From contig JBIOWP010000137.1 of the NCBI GenBank assembly GCA_044868695.1, positions 1 through 31,577 on the forward strand: a stretch of 31,577 nt of DNA, written 5' to 3'. Of the stretch, positions 7,267-16,602 are shown one piece after another. The DNA comes from a bacterium (GTDB taxonomy: Bacteria > Sysuimicrobiota > Sysuimicrobiia > Sysuimicrobiales > Kaftiobacteriaceae). Numbering within the stretch: the stretch's first letter is position 1; every line of letters starts with the position of its first letter. A program made the position numbers and the translations under genes. The notes beneath the pieces are model-generated. The model was not told the DNA's origin. It was given only the letters and a program-made list of their open reading frames with translations, and made no database searches.

Positions 7267-9222
7267 ATGGGGACAAATCTCACGCGCAAGATTCTCCAGG
7301 CCCACCTCGTCGATGGCACACTGACCCCCGGCGAAGAAATCGGCATCCGCATCGACCAGGTCCTGGCCCAGGACCTCACCGCCACTCAGGCGTTTTTGCA
7401 ATTTGAGGCGATGGGCATTCCGCGGGTGAGGTGCCGGGTGGCCGCCTGCTACGCCGACCACAACGTGCTGCACATCAAGCCTGAGAACATGGAAGACCAT
7501 CTCTACCTGCAGACCGCGTCCCGCAAGTACGGCATCTGGTTCGGCAAGCCCGCCACCGGCATCGGCCACCAGATTCACCTGGAGCACTTCGCCGTCCCGG
7601 GCGAGACGGTGCTGGGCGCAGACAGCCACACTCCCCACTGCGGCGGGGTGGGGATGATTGCCATCGGCGCGGGTGGGATGGACGTCGCCATCGCCATGGC
7701 CGGCGGGCCCTACTACTTCGCCGCGCCGCACGTCGTGGCGGTCCGCCTCACCGGCAGCCTGCAGCCGTGGTGCACGGCCAAGGACGTGATTCTCGAGCTG
7801 CTCAGGCGGCTGACGGTGCGCGGCGGCAAGGGCCGCATCTTCGAGTTCACGGGGCCCGGCCTGCGCGGGCTGAACGGCCAGCAGCGGGTCACCATCACCA
7901 ACATGAGCTACGAACTCGGCGCCACGACGTCGATCTTTCCTTCCGACGATCTCACCCGGGACTACTTCCGCCGGCTGGGACGCGGCCGGGACTGGCGGGA
8001 GATGCTGCCCGATCGCGACGCCGACTACGACGACACGATCGACCTCGACCTGTCGAAAGTAGAACCCCTCGTGGCCCTGCCGAGCCTGCCGGACAACGTC
8101 GTACCCGTGCGCGAAGTCGCTGGGACGAAGGTGGAACAGGTCATGGTGGGCTCCTGCACCAATGGCGCGTACACCGACCTGCAGGCGGTCGCGAAGATCG
8201 TCAAAGGGCGGCGGGTGCACCCCGATCTGTACTTCTTCATCCATCCCAGCAGCCGCACCGACCTGGAAGTGCTGGCGCGCGAAGGGTACGTCGCCGACCT
8301 CATCGCCGCCGGCGTGAACGTCGCTGAGCCGACCTGCGGCGCGTGCATCGGCTTCGGCCACGTGCCGGCGCCCGGCACGAAGAGCCTGCGGGCGATCAAC
8401 CGCAACTTCAAGGGCCGCAGCGGCCTGTCCGACGACGAGGTGTACCTGGCCAGCCCGGAGACTGCTGCCGCGACCGCACTGCGGGGCGTGATCACCGACC
8501 CGCGGGATCTCGGCAAAGAGCTCGGCATCGCCGCACCCGCGCCGGTCCTGCCGGAAGCGGTGAGCCAGGACAACCCCAATCTGATTCCACCGGCGACCGA
8601 CGCCGAGGCCGCCGCGGTCATGGTGCATCGCGGCGAGAACATCCGCCCTGCCCCGGTGAAACCACCGCTGGAAGACGCCTTGCGCGGGACGGTGCTCATC
8701 AAAGTCGGCGACGACATCAGCACCGACCACATCATGCCGGCCGGCTCGGAGATTGTGGCATACCGCTCAAACATTCCCAAGCTCGCCGAGTTTGTGTTCT
8801 CGCGCATGGATCCGCAGTTCAGCGCGCGCGCCAAGGCGCGGGGAGGCGGGTTCATCGTCGGGGGGGAGAACTACGGGCAGGGGTCTTCCCGCGAGCACGC
8901 GGCGCTGGCCCCGATGTACCTTGGTCTCCGCGCGGTCCTGGCCAAGTCGTTTTCCCGCATCCACCACGCCAACCTGATCAACTGGGGCCTGGTGCCGATG
9001 CTCTTCGCGGATCCCGCCGACTACGACCGCGTGAGCCAGGACGACGAGCTGGAGATCGCCGGCGTCCGCGAAGGCATTCTTCAGGGAGCCAAGACCCTCG
9101 CTGTCCGAAACATCACGAAGGGCACATCGTTCACGGTCCGGGTCGACGTCAGCCAGCGCGAGCGCATCTACCTGGTGGCGGGCGGCAGGCTGGCCCATGT
9201 GAAGCAGCACCCGGTCCGCTAG
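7267..9222 (+). CDS. Aconitate hydratase, single-chain Aquifex-type (putative aconitase family)
   Basis: GADSHT, [4Fe-4S] Cys motifs VGSCTNG and CGACIG, NRNFKGRSG, swivel-domain DDISTDHIMP and NYGQGSSREHAA. SD AGGAG before ATG 7267; TATAGT at 7241-7246. Confidence 0.9.
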   Translation: MGTNLTRKILQAHLVDGTLTPGEEIGIRIDQVLAQDLTATQAFLQFEAMGIPRVRCRVAACYADHNVLHIKPENMEDHLYLQTASRKYGIWFGKPATGIGHQIHLEHFAVPGETVLGADSHTPHCGGVGMIAIGAGGMDVAIAMAGGPYYFAAPHVVAVRLTGSLQPWCTAKDVILELLRRLTVRGGKGRIFEFTGPGLRGLNGQQRVTITNMSYELGATTSIFPSDDLTRDYFRRLGRGRDWREMLPDRDADYDDTIDLDLSKVEPLVALPSLPDNVVPVREVAGTKVEQVMVGSCTNGAYTDLQAVAKIVKGRRVHPDLYFFIHPSSRTDLEVLAREGYVADLIAAGVNVAEPTCGACIGFGHVPAPGTKSLRAINRNFKGRSGLSDDEVYLASPETAAATALRGVITDPRDLGKELGIAAPAPVLPEAVSQDNPNLIPPATDAEAAAVMVHRGENIRPAPVKPPLEDALRGTVLIKVGDDISTDHIMPAGSEIVAYRSNIPKLAEFVFSRMDPQFSARAKARGGGFIVGGENYGQGSSREHAALAPMYLGLRAVLAKSFSRIHHANLINWGLVPMLFADPADYDRVSQDDELEIAGVREGILQGAKTLAVRNITKGTSFTVRVDVSQRERIYLVAGGRLAHVKQHPVR

Positions 9223-9315
9223 CCGGCAGGGCAGGAGAGCACGACGGCGGAGCCAATTCTATTGCAAATCCTCACCCCCCAGGACAATCGGACGGAAAAC
9301 TGAAGGAGGGATGGC

Positions 9316-10830
9316 ATGAAGCGGGCGTTCGTGTTGGTCTGCATGGTCGTGCTGGTGACCGTCTCTCTCTCCACCGCAGCCCCCAGTCGGGGCGGTACGC
9401 TGCGGGTCGGTCTCAATGCGGATCCGCCGAACCTGGATCCCCACCAATCCACCGCCGCGGTCGATCGCCAGGTCTTTCAGAACCTGTACGATAAACTGGT
9501 GGACATCAACCAGAACCTTGAGATCGTCCCGATGCTGGCCACGTCCTGGCAGATCGCCGACGGCGGCCGCACATACACCTTCAAGCTGCGCGGGGGCGTC
9601 GTCTTCCACGACGGGACGCCGTTCAATGCCGAGGCAGTGAAATACAACTTCGAGCGGATGCTGGACCGCACGTTCGGTTCGGCGCGATTCGGCGAGGTCA
9701 ACCTGGTCACCGGCGTGACCGCGGTGGACGATACGACCGTGCGCATCGCCCTGGAGAAACCGTACAGTCCGTTCCTCGCCGTGTTGAGCGACCGCGCAGG
9801 GATGATGGTCTCGCCGACCGCGGCGCGGCGGCTGGGCAAAGACCTCGCCCGCGAACCCGTGGGCGCCGGACCGTATCGATTCGTGGAGAAGCGGCCGCAG
9901 GACCGCATCGTCTTGGAGCGCTTCGACCGCCACTGGGACCGGACCGCGGGCAACATTGACCGTATCATCTATCGCCCGTTTGCCGACGGCACCGCCCGCG
10001 TCGCCAACCTCCTGGCCGGCGAACTCGACGTGATTGACCAGATCCCGCCCACCGAGCAGGCCCGGGTGAAAGGCAACTCCAGCATCCGCCTTCTGGAACG
10101 CGCGGGCCTGGGCTGGCAGGGCATGTGGATCATGGTGGCCGGGCCGCCGTTCAACAACAAGGCGCTCCGCCAGGCGCTCAATGCGGCCATCGACCGCAAA
10201 ACCCTCGTGCGCGTCGTCTTCCAGGATACCGTCGAGCCGGCCAATGGCCCGTTCCCTCCCGGCATGTTTACCAACGCGATCCCGGCGAACGCCCGCATCC
10301 CCGAGCGCAACCTCGATCTGGCACGCCAGAAGCTCCGCGAAGGCGGCCAGCCCAGCGGGTTTGCCTTCACGCTGAAGATCACGCCGGGGCGGGAAGCCCA
10401 GCAGGTCGCCCAGGTGATCCAGTCGATGGCGGGTGAAGTAGGCATCCGGGTCAACCTGGAGATCGTCGAGTTCGGCGCCCTGCTCAGCCAGCTGGACGCC
10501 GGGCGGTTTGAGGCGTCGCTCCTGGGATGGAGCGGCCGGCCGGACCCGGATGGGAACATTTACGGCTTCTTCTACACCGGCAACCCGCTCAACAACAGCA
10601 AGTACTCCAATCCAAACGTCGAGACGCTGCTCGACGCCGCGCGCATTCTCACCACCGCGGACCAGCGGCGCCGCGTGTACACGGACGTCATGAACATCCT
10701 CAACGATGATCTCCCGTACCTGTTCATGTGGTGGCCGAAGGAGTACAAGGTGCTCGGCCCCAAGCTGCAGGGGTTCGTGCACATCTCCGACGGCATGATG
10801 CGGTTCCGCCACGCCTGGCTGAACCCGTAA
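9316..10830 (+). CDS. Peptide/nickel-family (SBP class 5) ABC substrate-binding protein
   Basis: Signal peptide, LDPH, PMLATSW, FKLR.GV.FHDGTPFNAEAVKYNFER, PVGAGPY. SD GGAGG. Confidence 0.93.
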   Translation: MKRAFVLVCMVVLVTVSLSTAAPSRGGTLRVGLNADPPNLDPHQSTAAVDRQVFQNLYDKLVDINQNLEIVPMLATSWQIADGGRTYTFKLRGGVVFHDGTPFNAEAVKYNFERMLDRTFGSARFGEVNLVTGVTAVDDTTVRIALEKPYSPFLAVLSDRAGMMVSPTAARRLGKDLAREPVGAGPYRFVEKRPQDRIVLERFDRHWDRTAGNIDRIIYRPFADGTARVANLLAGELDVIDQIPPTEQARVKGNSSIRLLERAGLGWQGMWIMVAGPPFNNKALRQALNAAIDRKTLVRVVFQDTVEPANGPFPPGMFTNAIPANARIPERNLDLARQKLREGGQPSGFAFTLKITPGREAQQVAQVIQSMAGEVGIRVNLEIVEFGALLSQLDAGRFEASLLGWSGRPDPDGNIYGFFYTGNPLNNSKYSNPNVETLLDAARILTTADQRRRVYTDVMNILNDDLPYLFMWWPKEYKVLGPKLQGFVHISDGMMRFRHAWLNP

Positions 10831-10835
10831 TGGGC

Positions 10836-10865
10836 GCGGGGGAGGGCCGGTCCGCCCTCCCCCGC
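10836..10865 (+). other. GC-rich intercistronic hairpin after the SBP gene (mRNA-stabilising or partial terminator)
   Basis: Perfect 12-bp stem GCGGGGGAGGGC / GCCCTCCCCCGC with a 6-nt loop and no U-tract. Confidence 0.65.
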
Positions 10866-10876
10866 CACGTCCTCCC

Positions 10877-11833
10877 GTGAGCCTGTACTTCGCCCGCCGT
10901 CTCCTGCTTACGGTCCCCGTGCTGTTCTTCGTCAGTTTGATCGTCTTCGCGCTGATCGCATTGATCCCGGGGGATCCCGCGCGCATCATGCTGGGCGAAG
11001 AAGCGAGCAACGAAGCGCTGGAGGCGCTGAGGCGGGACATGGGATTGGACCGGCCCCTGCACGTCCGCTATCTAGTATGGTTGAGCCATCTGGCGCAGGG
11101 AGACCTGGGGCGGTCAGTGCGCGACCGGCGGCCGGTCCTCGACACGCTCCTGCTGAAGCTACCGGTCACCGTCGAGCTGGCCGTAACCTCCCTGCTGGTC
11201 GCGTGGCTCATTGCCATCCCCGCCGGCGTGCTCGCGGCGTGGAAGCAGCGCACCGCGGTGGACTATGCGGCTACCACGGTCGCGCTCGCCGGCATCTCCA
11301 TTCCCAACTTCTGGCTGGGCATCATGATGATCTACCTACTGGCGGTCAACCTGCGGCTGCTTCCCCCGTCCGGCTACGTCGAGCCCTGGATTGACCCCAT
11401 CCGCAACCTCAAGCTGATGGTCATGCCGTCCATCGTCTTGGGCACGGCGCTGGCCGCGCTGGTGATGCGCCTGCTGCGCAGCAGCATGCTGGAGGTGCTG
11501 GGCACCGACTACGTCCGCACCGCGCGCGCGAAAGGGTTGGGCGACGTCGTCGTCCTGATCCGCCATGCGATGAAAAACGCAATGATTCCGGTGGTCACGG
11601 TGATGGGATTGCAGCTGTCCGGCCTGCTGGGCGGCGCCGTCATCACGGAAACGATCTTCGCCGTGCCGGGCCTGGGGCGGCTCACGATCGAGTCGATCCT
11701 CACCCGCGACTACCCTATGGTCCAGGGCGTCGTGCTGTTCGCGGCGCTGGCGGTGGTCGCCACAAACCTCGCCGTGGATCTCACGTATGCCGTCCTGGAT
11801 CCGCGGATCCGCCTGGGGGCGCGAACCGAATGA
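10877..11833 (+). CDS. Peptide ABC transporter permease (DppB/OppB-like)
   Basis: PGDPA, GDLGRS, DYVRTARAKGL (EAA loop), ETIFAVPGLG, RDYP, LDPRIR. Confidence 0.93.
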   Translation: MSLYFARRLLLTVPVLFFVSLIVFALIALIPGDPARIMLGEEASNEALEALRRDMGLDRPLHVRYLVWLSHLAQGDLGRSVRDRRPVLDTLLLKLPVTVELAVTSLLVAWLIAIPAGVLAAWKQRTAVDYAATTVALAGISIPNFWLGIMMIYLLAVNLRLLPPSGYVEPWIDPIRNLKLMVMPSIVLGTALAALVMRLLRSSMLEVLGTDYVRTARAKGLGDVVVLIRHAMKNAMIPVVTVMGLQLSGLLGGAVITETIFAVPGLGRLTIESILTRDYPMVQGVVLFAALAVVATNLAVDLTYAVLDPRIRLGARTE

Positions 11834-12735
11834 ACCGGCGTCTCTCGGCGAACCTCCTCCCTCACGCGGCGGCGCTGGGTGGGACGCGAGATCTGCGCCG
11901 CGCCGGGGCCGGTTATTTCCTCCACCAATACGCGCGCAACCGGCTGGCGCTGGCCGGGCTGTGGGTCGTGCTCAGCATCTGCCTGACGGCGCTGTTTGCG
12001 CACTGGCTGGCGCCCGCCAGTCCGATCAAACCCGACTTCGTCAACCTGCTGCAGCCGCCCAGCGTCGCGCACCCGATGGGCACGGACGATCTCGGCCGGG
12101 ACGTCCTGAGCCGCGTCATCTTCGGCGCGCGCACGTCCCTGCTGGCCGGGGTGATTTCCGTGGGCATCGCGGTCGTGGTCGGACTGCCGGTGGGCCTGCT
12201 CTCGGGATACTACGGCGGGCGGTTGGATGACACCCTGATGCGCCTGACCGACGCGCTGCTGTCGTTCCCATTTCTGGTGCTGGCCCTGGCGCTGGCGGCG
12301 GTGCTGGGCGCCGGACTGGACAAGGCGATGATCGCCATCGGCATCGTCTTCACCCCCGGCTTCGTCCGCCTCGCCCGCGGTCAGGTCCTGAGTGAACGCG
12401 AGCTGAACTACGTCGAGGCGGCGAAAGCGCTGGGCGCCGGCGACGGCCGGATCATCTGGAGCCACATCCTGCCGAACGTCCTGTCGCCGGTCCTGGTGCA
12501 GGCGTCGCTGGCGACCGCCGTCGCGATTACCGCCGAGGCGGCGTTATCCTTCCTGGGTCTGGGCACCCAGCCGCCCACGCCGTCATGGGGATCGATGCTG
12601 AATATCGCGCAGGCCTACCTCGGCACGGCGCCGTGGATGGCGGTGTGGCCGGGGCTGGCCATCTTCGTCACGGTGCTGGCCCTGAATCTGCTCGGAGACG
12701 GACTGCGAGAAGCGTTGGACCCGCGGTTGCGGTAG
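11830..12735 (+). CDS. Peptide ABC transporter permease (DppC/OppC-like)
   Basis: HPMGTDDLGRD, YVEAAKALGA, LSFLGLG..PP.PSWG, GDGLREALDPR. Confidence 0.93.
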   Translation: MNRRLSANLLPHAAALGGTRDLRRAGAGYFLHQYARNRLALAGLWVVLSICLTALFAHWLAPASPIKPDFVNLLQPPSVAHPMGTDDLGRDVLSRVIFGARTSLLAGVISVGIAVVVGLPVGLLSGYYGGRLDDTLMRLTDALLSFPFLVLALALAAVLGAGLDKAMIAIGIVFTPGFVRLARGQVLSERELNYVEAAKALGAGDGRIIWSHILPNVLSPVLVQASLATAVAITAEAALSFLGLGTQPPTPSWGSMLNIAQAYLGTAPWMAVWPGLAIFVTVLALNLLGDGLREALDPRLR

Positions 12736-12753
12736 GGTGGTCAACGCCCGGCC

Positions 12754-12779
12754 AGGATAAGTCTGCGCGCAGACAGAAT
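12754..12779 (+). promoter_or_regulatory. Sigma-H-like promoter (AGGA-N18-GAAT) with a 14-bp palindrome in the spacer
   Basis: AGGA 12754-12757, GAAT 12776-12779; perfect palindrome GTCTGCGCGCAGAC at 12761-12774. Confidence 0.45.
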
Positions 12780-12823
12780 CCCCACCTGTGCTCAACGCAA
12801 AATTCATCTGAGGAGTGAGAACG

Positions 12824-13804
12824 ATGACGCCAGGAGTGCGGCGATGGCTCGCGCTGTGCGTGGCCGCTGCGGTCGCGGCCTGGATGTGGGTTCCACCGGC
12901 GCTGTCCGCGCCCACGGTCCGGCTGTCGATCGTGACCGGAGGCACCGGCGGCGTCTACTTCCCGCTGGGCGGCGGGCTCGCCCAGTTGCTCTCCAAGTAT
13001 CTCCCCGGCGTGCAGGCGACCGCGGAGGTCACCTCGGCGTCCGTCGACAACATGCGGCTGATCGGCGCCAAGCGGGCCGACATCGCGTTCACGCTCGCCG
13101 ACACCGCCTACGACGCCTTCAAAGGCGAGGCTTCGTTCCGAGGGGCTCCCGTACCCATTCGCACCCTCACGCCCATCTACAACAACTTCAACCACCTGGT
13201 GACGATCGAGGGCACCGGAATTACGACCGTCGCCGACGTGAAGGGCAAGCGTGTCTCCGTCGGCTCGCCGGGCAGCGGGACCGAGGTGACGGCGCTGCGG
13301 ATCCTGCAGGCGGCCGGCCTCGACCCGGACCGCGACATCCGGAAGGAACGGCTGGGCGTGGCGGAGTCCGTGGACGCGATCAAGGACCGCAAGCTCGACG
13401 CGTTCTTCTGGAGCGGCGGTCTCCCCACCGCCGCGGTGCTCGATCTGGCCACCACCCCCGGCCTCCGCATCCGCCTCGTCCCGCTTGACGGTACCCTGCC
13501 TGAGCTGCAGAAGACGTATGGGAATCTGTACTTCAACGCCGTGATCCTGAAGGAAATCTATCCCGGCGCAGCGGCCAACGCCGCGACCGTCGGCGTTGCC
13601 AACCTCGTGGTCGTCCATCAGGACTTCAGCGCAGATCTGGCCTACCAGATCACGAAACTGATCTACGAACGCCGGGCGGAGCTGGCCCAGGTGCACAAAG
13701 AGGCGGCCAACATCACGGTGACCGGCGTGGCCGGACGGTCGCCGGTTCCGTTCCATCCAGGGGCGGTCAAGTACTTCAAGGAACGCAACATCCAGGGATT
13801 CTGA
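12824..13804 (+). CDS. TAXI-family TRAP transporter solute-binding protein
   Basis: TGGTGGVYFPLG, SASVDN, GKRVSVGSPGSGTE, PFHPGA.KY. SD GAGGAG before ATG 12824. Confidence 0.93.
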   Translation: MTPGVRRWLALCVAAAVAAWMWVPPALSAPTVRLSIVTGGTGGVYFPLGGGLAQLLSKYLPGVQATAEVTSASVDNMRLIGAKRADIAFTLADTAYDAFKGEASFRGAPVPIRTLTPIYNNFNHLVTIEGTGITTVADVKGKRVSVGSPGSGTEVTALRILQAAGLDPDRDIRKERLGVAESVDAIKDRKLDAFFWSGGLPTAAVLDLATTPGLRIRLVPLDGTLPELQKTYGNLYFNAVILKEIYPGAAANAATVGVANLVVVHQDFSADLAYQITKLIYERRAELAQVHKEAANITVTGVAGRSPVPFHPGAVKYFKERNIQGF

Positions 13805-13821
13805 CGCTCGGGGCAACGCGA

Positions 13822-14268
13822 GTGCGCGGGCTGATCGTGGTGGCAGCCGTGGGGGCCCTGGTGCTGGCTCCCGCTCGAATGTACCAAGTCACTGTAACCG
13901 GTGACGAGGGGCTGCGGCTGTGGGCGCTGCCCGCCCGGCCAGGGACCGTCGTGGCGCTCGCGTATGTGAACTCGATCTATCTCGCGCCCACGGAAGAACT
14001 GTTCGTCCTGACGCCGGACGGCCTCACCTTGACCGCCGTCCGCAGCACCAGCGAAGCCGTCTTGGCCTACAACGGTCTGAGCGCTCCCTACCGGCGCGAC
14101 GGAACGTTCATCGTCTCCCCCGCAGCGGGCCGGTTCCGCACGATCGTCCTGCGCGTCGGCCGCACGGGCCGCCCCCACCTCCGGGTCGGCGGCCAGGACC
14201 TCCCGCTCTACACGGCCGGAGAGGGCGCGCGGCTCACGATCGCCGTCGGCGACATCACCCGGCCATGA
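13822..14268 (+). CDS. DUF1850-like accessory protein of TAXI-TRAP operons
   Basis: Single N-terminal TM, motif AYVNSIYLAPTEE (cf. Y.HS....P..E), and position between the TAXI SBP and the fused permease. Confidence 0.7.
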   Translation: MRGLIVVAAVGALVLAPARMYQVTVTGDEGLRLWALPARPGTVVALAYVNSIYLAPTEELFVLTPDGLTLTAVRSTSEAVLAYNGLSAPYRRDGTFIVSPAAGRFRTIVLRVGRTGRPHLRVGGQDLPLYTAGEGARLTIAVGDITRP

Positions 14269-16199
14269 CCGCGCAGGCCGGGCATCTCCCGCAATCTCGA
14301 GAAGAGCTCGAAGCCCTCGTCGAGTCCTTCGAGGGCAAGACCCGGCATCTTCCGGGCGCCGCGGGCCGGTTCATTACCGCCGTGCTCGTCGCCATGTCGC
14401 TGTATCACCTGTGGGCGACCACCGCCACGGTAGTCACCCAGCTCCACCGTGTCATCCACCTCCTGTTTGTCTTGTTCCTGACCTTCCTGATCTACCCCGG
14501 ATGGAAACGCGCGTCGCAGCGGATTCATCCCGCCGACATCGTTCTGTCGCTGGCCAGCCTCGCCGCGCTGGGATATGTCTTTACCGACTTTGAGGGGTTT
14601 ATCTACCGCGCCGTCATCCCCAACACGTGGGACCTGGTCTTCGGCGTCCTCACCATCGTGCTGGTGCTGGAGGCGACGCGCCGCGCGGTCGGGCGGGCCC
14701 TGCTGATCGTGGTTGGCGCGTTCCTGCTGTATGCGTTCGCGGGACCGTGGCTGCCGGCGCCGTGGACGCACCGGGGCTACGACCTGGCACGGCTGGTGGG
14801 CCAGCTGTACATGACCCTGGAGGGGATCTTCGGCGTTCCGATCGCGGTCTCGTCCACGTTCATCATCCTGTTTACGATTTACGGCTCGTTCCTGGAGCAA
14901 TCGGGGGCCGGGAAGTTCTTTGTCGATCTTGCGTTTGCGCTGACCGGCCGGCGGCGCACCGGCGCCGGGCAGGCCGTGACGGTGGCGTCCTTCCTCCTGG
15001 GCGGGCCGTCGGGGAGCGGAGTGGCCACGACGGTGACCGTCGGCGCGATCGCGTATCCCCTCCTGCAGAAGGCCGGCTACGACCGCGAGTCCGCCGGCGG
15101 GCTGCTATCGGCCGGCGGGATCGGGGCGGTCATCTCCCCTCCTATCCTGGGCGCGGCGGCGTTCCTGATCGCCGAAATCCTGAAGATTTCCTACCTGCAA
15201 GTCCTCGTGATGGCGATCATCCCGACGGCCCTGTACTACCTCTCGGTGTTCCTGATGATCGAACTGGATGCCCGGCGGTTCGGTCTGCGATTCGTGGAGA
15301 TTGCCACCGAGCGTCCGGGCGAGCTGGTGCGCCGGTACTGGTACCTGTTGAGCTCACTGGTCGTCATCCCGGCTTTCATGGTGTATGGGTTCACGGCGAT
15401 CGCCGCGGTCTTTTGGGCCACGGTCATCGCATGGCTGGCCAGCTACCTGCGCCGCGATACGGCACTGACCCCGCCGAAGGTCGTCACGGCGCTGTCGAAC
15501 GGCTCCCGGCAGGTCGTTAACATCGCGGTCACGACCGCGGCGGCCGGCATCATCGTGGGTGTGGTGAATCTGACCGGACTGGGCCTCAAGCTGTCCGATA
15601 TCATCGTGGGCCTGGCGGGCGGCAACCTCATCCTCACGCTGATCTACTCCGGGATCGCGCTCTGGGTGCTTGGACTGGCGCTGCCGATCACGGCAACCTA
15701 CATCATCGCGGCCGTGATCGTGGCGCCCGCCCTGACGAAGCTCGGGGTCTCTGAGCTAGCCGCGCACATGTTCATCTTCTATTACGCCGTGCTCTCGGAA
15801 GTCTCGCCGCCGGTAGGCCTCTCGCCGATGGCCGCGGCCGCGCTGACCGGCGGCAACCCCTTCAAGACGATGCTCATGGCCTGGAAGTACACGCTGCCGG
15901 CGTTCGTCGTCCCGTTCATGTTCACCGTGCACCCAGACGGCATGGGCCTGCTGCTGCGGGCCCCTGCCGCCGAGGTGGCGAAGGTGCTCGTCACTTCGAT
16001 GGTGGGCCTGGCGTCGATGGCGGCCGGCATCAACGGGTGGTTCCTCCGCAGGACCACGCTCCTGGAGCGGATCGCGCTGGTGGCGGCGGGCGTGCTGCTG
16101 ATCTACCCCGCGACCGCCCTGGATCTGCTGGCGGTGGGCCTGGTCGCGGTGGTTGCCGTGGTGCAAGGGATCACGAAGCCCGCGGCGCAGACGTCATGA
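14265..16199 (+). CDS. TRAP transporter fused 4TM/12TM permease
   Basis: LEATRR, EGIFGVP, PPILGAAAF, LGLALPITATYI, AAHMFIFYYAVLSEVSPPV. ATG 14265 overlaps the upstream stop (ATGA). Confidence 0.93.
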   Translation: MTAQAGHLPQSREELEALVESFEGKTRHLPGAAGRFITAVLVAMSLYHLWATTATVVTQLHRVIHLLFVLFLTFLIYPGWKRASQRIHPADIVLSLASLAALGYVFTDFEGFIYRAVIPNTWDLVFGVLTIVLVLEATRRAVGRALLIVVGAFLLYAFAGPWLPAPWTHRGYDLARLVGQLYMTLEGIFGVPIAVSSTFIILFTIYGSFLEQSGAGKFFVDLAFALTGRRRTGAGQAVTVASFLLGGPSGSGVATTVTVGAIAYPLLQKAGYDRESAGGLLSAGGIGAVISPPILGAAAFLIAEILKISYLQVLVMAIIPTALYYLSVFLMIELDARRFGLRFVEIATERPGELVRRYWYLLSSLVVIPAFMVYGFTAIAAVFWATVIAWLASYLRRDTALTPPKVVTALSNGSRQVVNIAVTTAAAGIIVGVVNLTGLGLKLSDIIVGLAGGNLILTLIYSGIALWVLGLALPITATYIIAAVIVAPALTKLGVSELAAHMFIFYYAVLSEVSPPVGLSPMAAAALTGGNPFKTMLMAWKYTLPAFVVPFMFTVHPDGMGLLLRAPAAEVAKVLVTSMVGLASMAAGINGWFLRRTTLLERIALVAAGVLLIYPATALDLLAVGLVAVVAVVQGITKPAAQTS

Positions 16200-16501
16200 G
16201 CGACGAGACGCAGGCCGAGGCGGCGGACCAGCCGGCCAACGTCGTGGAGCTCCTGCGGTGGATGATCGGCGTGCTGGCCGGCCGCGCGTGGCAGAATCTT
16301 GGACTGGTGCCGCATCCTACAACCAAGAAAATGGAGCGCAACCTGGACGATGCGCGGCTGGCGATCGACGCGGCCGCCGCGCTGATTGACCAGCTGAAAC
16401 CCCGCGTCGATGAGAAGGAACGGCGCGATCTGGACACGCTGCTGGCAAACCTCCGCTTGAACTTCGTCGAGCAGCGCGCGAAGGCGGAATCCTCCGGCTG
16501 A
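16196..16501 (+). CDS. DUF1844 domain protein
   Basis: AWQNLGLVPHP...NLDDARLAID...LANLRLNFV. ATGA overlap with the permease. Confidence 0.8.
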   Translation: MSDETQAEAADQPANVVELLRWMIGVLAGRAWQNLGLVPHPTTKKMERNLDDARLAIDAAAALIDQLKPRVDEKERRDLDTLLANLRLNFVEQRAKAESSG

Positions 16502-16516
16502 TATACTGGTAACGGA

Positions 16517-16592
16517 GCGATTTCGGATTGCGGATTGACGATTGCGAATTGAACGTCCGATTCCAATCCGCAATTCGCAATCCGAAATTCGC
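16517..16592. repeat. Inverted arrays of 7-bp tandem repeats (CGGATTG / CAATCCG)
   Basis: Left arm GCGATTT-CGGATTG-CGGATTG-ACGATTG-CGAATTG (16517-16551); right arm CAATCCG-CAATTCG-CAATCCG-AAATTCG-C (16564-16592). Confidence 0.85.
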
Positions 16593-16602
16593 AGTCTCTC
16601 CT

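Noticed and set aside
7252..11040. Long antisense ORFs (7252-8730, 9259-11040; similarly 2682-3728, 4196-5446, 29994-31274)
   Set aside because: Shadow frames of well-supported genes, expected in high-GC DNA, with no recognisable motifs.
13920..14264. 115-aa N-terminal extension of the TRAP permease
   Set aside because: Arg/Pro-rich alternative frame over the DUF1850-like gene; ATG 14265 is coupled to that gene's stop.
16517..16592. CRISPR array
   Set aside because: Units are 7-bp tandem and inverted repeats with no unique spacers, and there are no cas genes.
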